Below the pieces are notes generated by a model. It saw only the letters and a program-made list of their open reading frames with translations. It did no database searches and had not been told where the DNA came from. The translations under genes and the position numbers were made by a program. Shown in pieces: positions 55,867-64,000 of a stretch of DNA of 64,000 nucleotides. Source of the DNA: Octopus sinensis (taxonomy: Eukaryota); assembly GCF_006345805.1 (NCBI RefSeq), contig NC_043022.1, positions 1 through 64,000 of the forward strand, in the 5' to 3' direction. The first letter of the stretch is position 1, and each line of letters opens with the position of its first letter.

Positions 55867-56277
55867 CTGGTGACCCCATAGGTATATCAAAAAAGCTTCT
55901 AGTATCTTTCCTAGCCCATAATTTATTATTATAATTGAAGTTCTGATAATAAATTAATACCTACTAAATCAGTAGCCTGAGCAGAATCTGGTGACCCCAT
56001 AGGTATATCAAAACAGTTTCTAGTATCTTTCTTAGCCCATAATTTATTATTATAATTGAAGTTCTGATAATAAATAAATACCTAGTAAATCATTAGCCTG
56101 AGCAGAATCTGATGCTCCCAAAGGTATATCTAAAAAGCTTCTAGTATCTTTCCTAGATCATAATTTATCATTATAATTGAAGTTCTGATAATAAATACCT
56201 ACTAAATCAGTATCCTGAGCAGAATCTGTTGCCCCCATAGTTATATCCCAAAAGTTTCTAGTATCTTTCCTAGCCCA
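55867..56277. repeat. About 121-bp tandem repeat, 3.4 copies
   Basis: Units start at 55867, 55988, 56109 and 56226; homologous to 14025-14127. Confidence 0.92.
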
Positions 56278-56398
56278 AGGTGATAAAGGTGGTGCTCCAG
56301 CATGGCCACAGTCAAATGACAAACAAATAAAAGAGTATAAAGACTATATATATATGTTATTCGCCCTAGTTGGTTTGAGTACAACTTGCTCCATGAAT

Positions 56399-56469
<71 letters not shown>

Positions 56470-56509
56470 CACATATATATATATATACATACACATATAT
56501 ATATATATA

Positions 56510-58146
56510 TTTTTCTCTAGTATCAGCTCAGAGCTGCGGTCATGCTGATGCACCGCCGTTTTGTGCTACACTGTTATTGCGAAGAACCTCGTCTAATATG
56601 TGGCACTTGGTGAAGAATGGAATTTCATATAGCTACCCTCATTTGCACCTCTTGCCGTGAGGTAGGCTCATCTGGGACTCTCGACAGGAAGAGGTCTAGC
56701 TTTGATTTAAAAGCCTCTACATCTACTTTGTGCAAGTTCCTCAGACTCTTTGGGAGAATATTAAAAAGCTGTGGGCCCTTGAAACCCAGGCTGTTGCAGA
56801 AGCTGGTCCTGAAGCGTGATGGCATTGCTGGGATATTTGGCACTATGCAGTGTCGTCCCGTTCTAGCATTGGTGTAGCTTACAATGCCAAAATTTGGTAC
56901 AATTCCTTCCAGGATCTTCCAAACATATATTACTGCATACCTCTCCCGTCTTCTCTCCAGGGAGTAGAGTCTTAGCTGTTTCAACCTTTCCCAGTTGCTG
57001 AGCTGTTGCAAAGAGAGGATCTTCTTTGTAAATCTTCTCTGGATTGCTTCAAGGTCCGCTGTTAATTTTACACTGGTGGGTGACCATAGTTGTGAGCAGT
57101 AATCCAGGCGGCTGAGGACGAATGTCCGCCAGAGGACCATCATGGTTTCCTTATCTCTGGTTCTGAATGTTCTTAGGATCCACCCAGCCAGTCGTCTGCA
57201 CTTTGTCGCTATCCGGCTAATGTGCACTTGGAAAGAGTTATCATCACTCATGTCGATACCCAGGTCCCTCACAGACTTAGGTTCTAGGATTGAAATTCCC
57301 TGTGGACCGATGTATCCTGTAAGTTTAATATTCAGTTTTGGATGCTGGTAGCGCAGGGCCTGGAATGTTTCAGCATTAAACTGCATATTATTATCCTCAG
57401 CCCATCTGTAGATTTAGTCCAACTCCTGCTGCAGGTGTGCAACATCGCTGGGGTTCTGTATTTTCTGCGAGACTTTCTGCATTTTCTGTATTTTCTGCAT
57501 AGCTGGCCAGAGTGGCTATCCGGGCATTTGAGGGCATATCTGAGAGGGCCACTATAAAAAGCAGTGGTCCCAAGACAGTGCCCTGTGGAACATCGCTCAC
57601 TATTTGTGTGTTCATAGAGGTGGCTCCATTAACCACTACTGCCTGACTCCTATCTTTCAGGAAGTCATGTAACCACACTCCAAGTTTTCCAGCTATGCCG
57701 AGGTCACGCAGTTGGTGGCATATCATACCATTATCCACCTTGTCAGAAGCTTTTACAAAATCAAGGTAGATTACGTCCACATTTGATTTGTTGAGTAACT
57801 GCCTCAACACTCATCATAATGTTGTAAGAGCTGGGTCAGGCGGCTCCTACCTGGTCGAAAACCATGCTGGGTATCACTCAGCAAGTTATTTTCCTCAAGG
57901 AATGCGATTAGTTTCTTTCTGACTATCCGTTCCATGACTTTGCTGATGTGTGAGGTCAGAGAGATAGGCCTATAGTTTTGGGCATCTGCCCTACTTCCCC
58001 CTTTATGTATTGGGTATATTATTCCCTCCTTCAGCCTGCTTGGCAGTTTGCCATTCGCAAGAAAGCTCTGGAAGAGAATCTTGAGGGGTTTTGCCAGGGC
58101 ATGCTTACACGCTTTGAGGAGGATGGCTGGGAAACCATCTGGACCA
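56510..58146 (-). mobile_element. CR1-clade LINE family B with an intact 3' end; 5'-truncated at the GPDG motif, with stops and frameshifts
   Basis: NYRPISLTSH, YLDFVKASDKV, VPQGTVLGP, WILRTFRTRD, LYSLERRRERY, VPDEP; 3' UTR runs into (TA)n. Confidence 0.93.
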
Positions 58147-58155
58147 GCACACACA

Positions 58156-58247
<92 letters not shown>

Positions 58248-58248
<1 letters not shown>

Positions 58249-59160
58249 TAGCAGCATAGCCCGCCGTTGCCCCCTCGAACACAAGTTGGGTTCGGACCAC
58301 AGCTAAGCCCTACCTAATCCTAACTTAACGCATCTACAGCCCAACATTGCTCGGATTTGAAGCAAAAGGAAAACATATGCCATTTCTAGTAACCTTTATT
58401 ATAAAAGCGCCAAAAATCGACTAAATCGCCTGAAATCCGCCAACTATTTAACAAAAGTCAGTTTTGTAGGGTTCGCATGGTCGGTCTCAAAGTGATATGG
58501 TTTTGTCGATTTCTCCCAATACTTGTTAACTGCATTGACAAAAGGTCGTTAGTTTGACATTTAATGCAAACTTGATGTCCAACGTCGGTGTAGGGAAAAT
58601 CTATGTGAACTTTCAAAAAATATCGCAGAAAAATCGGTTTGCTATGTGTGCCACATATGATGTAATTAACCGATTTTTTCCAGTAATAACGTATCCTATT
58701 GGAATCAAAAGGGCCATATAGCTCCTTGGAGCAGACATGATGCTCGCTGTGAATTTCATAAAAAATTCCTGCCAATTTGTTAAAGATATTGTTGAAAATA
58801 TGTCATCTTGAATTTGAACGCGATTTCCCAAAATGGCATGATTTTATCGATTTTTTTATGATGGTAAGGTATTGCATGGAAAACTAACGTCAGAATTAAG
58901 TTCCTTAGGGTAACATTAAGCTTCACCATGAGTTTGGTGAAAATTGATTGCAAGTTGCGAAAACTACAACGGAAAATCTGTTGCATATGAAAAGCTTAGA
59001 TTCTCGACCCCATGTCGAATCTATCGATTTTTTTCAGAACTGGGGGAACTTTTCAAAATTTTCGGTGTGTTAGTTTTGAATTATGACATTGGGCTATGTG
59101 TGTGTCAAGTTTCATCAGAATCGGTTCAAAGCCGTGGTCAGGGTGTGGGTACGCGTGGCT
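58248..59160 (-). mobile_element. Non-autonomous Helitron-like element; 3' end retained, 5' end lost
   Basis: Minus strand ends ...gggcaacggcgggctatgctgCTAG|T in (TA)n; carries an aagtttcatcagaatcggttc block of the kind seen in such elements. Confidence 0.6.
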
Positions 59161-59169
59161 CCTTCGTGA

Positions 59170-59435
59170 AGTGTTTTCAACTATAGCCTCGAGCCGACCA
59201 AAGACTTCTGAGTGGATTTGGTAGACGGAAACTGAAAGAAGTCCGTCGGATATATGAATATAGGCGCAGGAATGGCTGTGTGGTAAGTAGTTTGCTTACG
59301 AACCATATATTTTCGGGTTCATTCCCACTGCCTGGCATCATGTGCAATTGTCTTCTACTATAGCTCCGGGTCGACCAAAACCTTGTGATTGGATTTGGTG
59401 GAAGGAAACTGAAATAATCCAGTCGTATATGTGTT

Positions 59436-59469
<34 letters not shown>

Positions 59470-59470
59470 G

Positions 59471-59501
<31 letters not shown>

Positions 59502-60087
59502 TGTGTGTGTGTGTGTGTGTTTGTATGTCTGTGTTTGTCCCCAAGCATCGCTTTACAACTGATGCTAGTCTGTTTACGTCCCCGTGACTTAGAGTTTCAG
59601 CGAAAGAGACCGATAAATAATTACTATGCCTACAAAGAATAAGTCCTGGGGTCGATATGTTCGATTAAATGTGGTGCTGCAGCATGGCCATAGTCAAATT
59701 ACTGAAACGAGTAAATGAGAGTAAAAGAGTATATAGCGACAAAAGTCTATGACCTGTTCACTAGGGAGATAGCTGAAAATATCTCCTAAGAGTTACTTCC
59801 CTAACATCATATAATACGTTTCATGTAATTTCTGTAATAGGTGTGTTTGTTTTTCGCCTGTGAAAGGGGACACGAGCATGCGCGCACATACAGACACACA
59901 TACACATGCAAGTAATCTGCTGGTACCTTTAACAAATAAACATTGACTAGCTGATCATTTACATTTCATTACGCCCCACAAATATATAAAGTAATGATAT
60001 TATCTAGTACTACCCTTCGGACATAATCAAGTTTCTTTTTTGCTTTAGATAGTATATATGTGTGTGTGGGTATATACACGTATATCT

Positions 60088-60122
<35 letters not shown>

Positions 60123-60950
60123 ATACTGGAGCACCGCCTTTAGTCGAGCAGTACGTCCGCAGCACTTATTCTTTGTAAGCCTAGTATTTATTCTTATTCT
60201 CTTTTCCCGAACCGCTAAAATACAGGGAGGAAAACACACCAGCATCGGTTGAAAATCAACAACTACAGTCAATCGAAGATAATGACCAAACTGTCCACTC
60301 TTATCCACCAGTTCCAACAAGATTTAACAAAAAAGGAGACAAATTACTTGAGTAGATTTGACTGCAAAGCCAGTAACGTCTGTGGACTTCCCAAAATCTA
60401 CAAAAGTTAGGCCAGAAACGAAACCTGTAACAAGTTAACTTCTATACTCATAAATATTCCACACCCGAGAGATCTCCGAATGAGACCAATTATGGCCGAT
60501 CCAGTATGTTGATACGGGGGGGCATTGGGTGCTTAGCACTCGCAGCTAGAATATCAGCCCCCTCCACGCCAGGATGAGAATTTGTTTTATCCACTTGTGA
60601 AATTAATGCATTGTCGCCATATGAGAAAAATATGAGCAACTTCTGAAGTCACTAAAGGTGCAATAAATTGAACTTCTTTTGATTTAGTAGTTAGTGATCT
60701 GCAAATGTGGGTATCTTAGAGATGCTTAAAGTGTTTGTTGTAGTTGTAATTGTCGCACACACACAAACGAATAAAAACACACAGTCGCTCACACAGAAAT
60801 GAAAACATTCTCACACACACACACAAACACTGAAATGAAAATACCCACACACTCACACACACACATATAAATAAAAACAGTCCCCGACACACAAATACTG
60901 AAAAAAATACTCACACACAGACACACACTCACATACGCACAAACACACAC
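59170..60950. repeat. Dispersed, more diverged copy of the SINE/CA module mosaic
   Basis: 59170-59430 resembles 8650-8920; 59775-59840 resembles 22720-22790; 60020-60900 resembles 5210-5960. Confidence 0.85.
59263..59731 (+). mobile_element. Full-length tRNA-derived SINE
   Basis: GGCGCAGGAATGGCTGTGTGG head, internal (TA)n(TG)n and gtaaaagagta tail. Confidence 0.88.
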
Positions 60951-60955
60951 ACACA

Positions 60956-60994
<39 letters not shown>

Positions 60995-61440
60995 TAGAAA
61001 TGATAATACACAGCTACACATCCAAACACTCACACACTCACACACACGCACAAATACACAAACACAGGAATGAAAATAGTCACACACACACACTCACACA
61101 TGCACAAACACACACACATAGAAATGAAAATACGCAGTTACACATCCAAACACTCACACACTCACACGCACACAAACACACACACAGAAATGAAAATAGT
61201 CACACACACTCACACACAAACGTACGCACCCACACACAGAAATGAAAACACAGTTACACACTCACACACACACCTAGAAATCAAAACACACATTTACACA
61301 CGCCCTCACTCACACACACATACACACGCGCACGCAAAAACATTGAACTGGAAAGACTCTGTCACACATACGCGCTCCCACACAGACACAGAAATGAAAG
61401 CACACACACACACATTGGCTGACCTGCACTCACACACAAT
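60780..61440. repeat. Degenerate CA-rich minisatellite
   Basis: Recurring cacacagaaatgaaaa units embedded in (CA)n. Confidence 0.85.
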
Positions 61441-61689
61441 TTCTTCAGAATGTCACGGTTTTATGGTCAACATATTTAAAGCATAAATACCTTCAGGTGT
61501 GCATCTTTGCATGCATCTGTGTGCATGTTCGGACGTATGTGTGTTTGTGCATGGGTGAGCACAGCCCACACATATGCCCCGCTAACTTTACGGTTCGACA
61601 AAAGAGTAAAAAAGTTAGAAGTACAAAGCTTCCAAAGGATAAGCCCTGGGGTACGTTTTGTTTGACTAAAGGCTGTGCTCGGGCATATG

Positions 61690-62087
<398 letters not shown>

Positions 62088-62187
62088 NNNNNNNNNNNNN
62101 NNNNNNNNNNNNNNNNNNNNNNNNNNNNNNNNNNNNNNNNNNNNNNNNNNNNNNNNNNNNNNNNNNNNNNNNNNNNNNNNNNNNNNN
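62088..62187. other. Assembly gap (100 N)
   Basis: Run of 100 N. Confidence 0.99.
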
Positions 62188-63706
62188 GTGAGATATGTGG
62201 CAGGTCCTGTGAATTGGAACAAAGAGGAACTACAAGATTTTGATCAGATCGAAAAACTCGGATAACAATGACGATGAAGAACGCTTTCCATATAAAGGGC
62301 AGATGTGGATTGGCGTTAGATGAAATGTAAAAAACGAAGGGAGAGGATTTGATTAGTGTAGAGGATTAGGTGAACATGGTAGTGGAATGTTTCAATCAGT
62401 ATGTTAAGGAAAGCATTGAAGAATTGCTAGGAGCAGAACGCAATGCAAACATTCTCAGAGAATATCAAACAAAGGTTGAAGTACTTGAAACAAGAAAGCA
62501 AAGTTATATGGAAAAATATTTATACACTCAGTTTATGATGAATACTGAGGCAGAAGACCCTTGGAATTGCTTGAGAAAGGGAATTCTCAATAAAGCGACA
62601 GAACGGTTCATCATGACAGCTCAGGATCAACCCTTTTATTCTTTTTTTTCTTTTTCTTTTACTTGTTTCAGTCATTTTGACTGCGACCATGCTGGAGCAC
62701 CGCTTTTAACTGAGCAACTCGACCCCGGGACTTATTCTTTGTAAGCCCAGTACTTATTCTATCGGTCTCTTTTGCCGAACCGCTAAGTGACGGGGACATA
62801 AACACACCAGCATCGGTTGTCAAGCAATGGAAGGGGGAGAAACACAGACACACAAACACACACGCGCATATATATATACATATGTACGACGGGCTTCTTT
62901 CAGTTTCCGTCTACCAAATCCACTCACAAGGCTTTGGTTGGCCCGAGGCTATAGTAGAAGACACTTGCCCAAGGTGCCACGCAGTGGGACTGAACCCGGA
63001 ACCACATAGTACAAATGTCGGACAGAAGACAATGTGTCAGCATTGTGCAGATAGTGAGATGAAGGAGAAGAAACAGTGAGTCACAGAGTAAGTGAATGTT
63101 GGAAACACGCAGAGAAACAATACAAATCTTGGAGACATGAAAATGTTGCAAAGATCAGCCATTTGGAAATGTGTAAAAAGAGCAGACTTCCATCAAGACA
63201 CAAAGTGCTATGAACATGCACTTGAAAAAGTAACTCAGAATTATGTGGTTAAACTTCTCTTGGACTTTCTCATTCAAACGGATCATGTCCCAAAGCGTAA
63301 CGGACCAGATATTTTGGTGTTTGAGAAGAGGGAACGTACTTCCTACATAAATGACGTAGCTTAAGCATTTAGCAGAAGAATATAGGAAAAATAAATCAAT
63401 AAGGTAGATATATATTTGAACCTGAAGAGAGAGATAAGCAAGTTGTGGGGTTTCACAAAGAATGAGGTCGTACCAATTGTCATTGAAGCCTTAGGAACAA
63501 AGGAGAAGAGGCTGAAGGAGTGGACAGAAAAGACAAGCATGCAGAAGGAGGTAGAATACATGGAACTGGGCTGTTTCTTAGGAACGGCGTAGATCGGTCG
63601 AAAGTTGTTGGGTGGCTGAGGTAAGAGTGGTGGCTTTGTTATCCGAAAGTAGACCCACTTAATATCTATCATGGTGCTGGTGTGAGATAAAACTGTCTTG
63701 AAATAA
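62188..63706 (+). mobile_element. R4/Dong-like non-LTR retrotransposon remnant with a restriction-like endonuclease; interrupted by a SINE
   Basis: GLISVED-like, ERFIMTAQDQ, MCQHC, DFLIQTDH...NGPDILV...INDVA, EISKLWG...VVPIVIEALGT. Confidence 0.8.
62640..63004 (-). mobile_element. SINE (5' head clipped) inserted in the R4/Dong-like element
   Basis: tacttgtttcagtcatt...gcagtgggactgaacccggaaccac. Confidence 0.9.
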
Positions 63707-63866
<160 letters not shown>

Positions 63867-64000
63867 ATGCCCTGATGCAGTGCCAGACAGTGGCTCTCGT
63901 GGCTTCAGATCTTAATTGATTGGAAGTGTTATCATATACATTGTTTTGTCTTGGTATAAAAGATGGGCTACAGAAAATATTCTGTTCAATAACACAGATT

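Overview
Eukaryotic, repeat-dominated genomic DNA with no intact protein-coding gene that I can support. The dominant SINE and the (GAT)n-tailed RTE repeats match elements I recall from Octopus genomes, so a cephalopod source is likely; this is inference from memory, not a search result. Layout: (i) 1-28.4 kb is a composite macro-repeat of a 34-bp satellite, a degenerate (CCCTAA)n tract, palindromic AGAGTTACTTCCC motif clusters, a CR1-type LINE and SINE/CA-rich modules. About 7.3 kb is duplicated at an offset of about 17.5 kb, with a partial third copy between. (ii) 28.4-48.8 kb is AT-rich DNA with Penelope, RTE, Tc1, CR1, Helitron and SINE remnants, an old tandem duplication and weak signs of a minus-strand host transcript. 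(iii) 48.8-56.3 kb is an 87-bp hairpin satellite with a 1823-bp higher-order repeat, a LINE insertion and a 121-bp tandem array. (iv) 56.3-64 kb holds CR1, Helitron, another module copy, microsatellites, a 100-N gap and an R4/Dong-like LINE. The long His-rich ORFs are satellite artefacts. Best leads: an RTE split by an apparent 1.9-kb inversion, a PHD finger inside RTE ORF2, a 3' stem-loop shared by a CR1 LINE and the SINE, a doubly truncated LINE at a duplication junction, and satellites seeded from the macro-repeat. I found no convincing new biological system; these are genome-dynamics observations.
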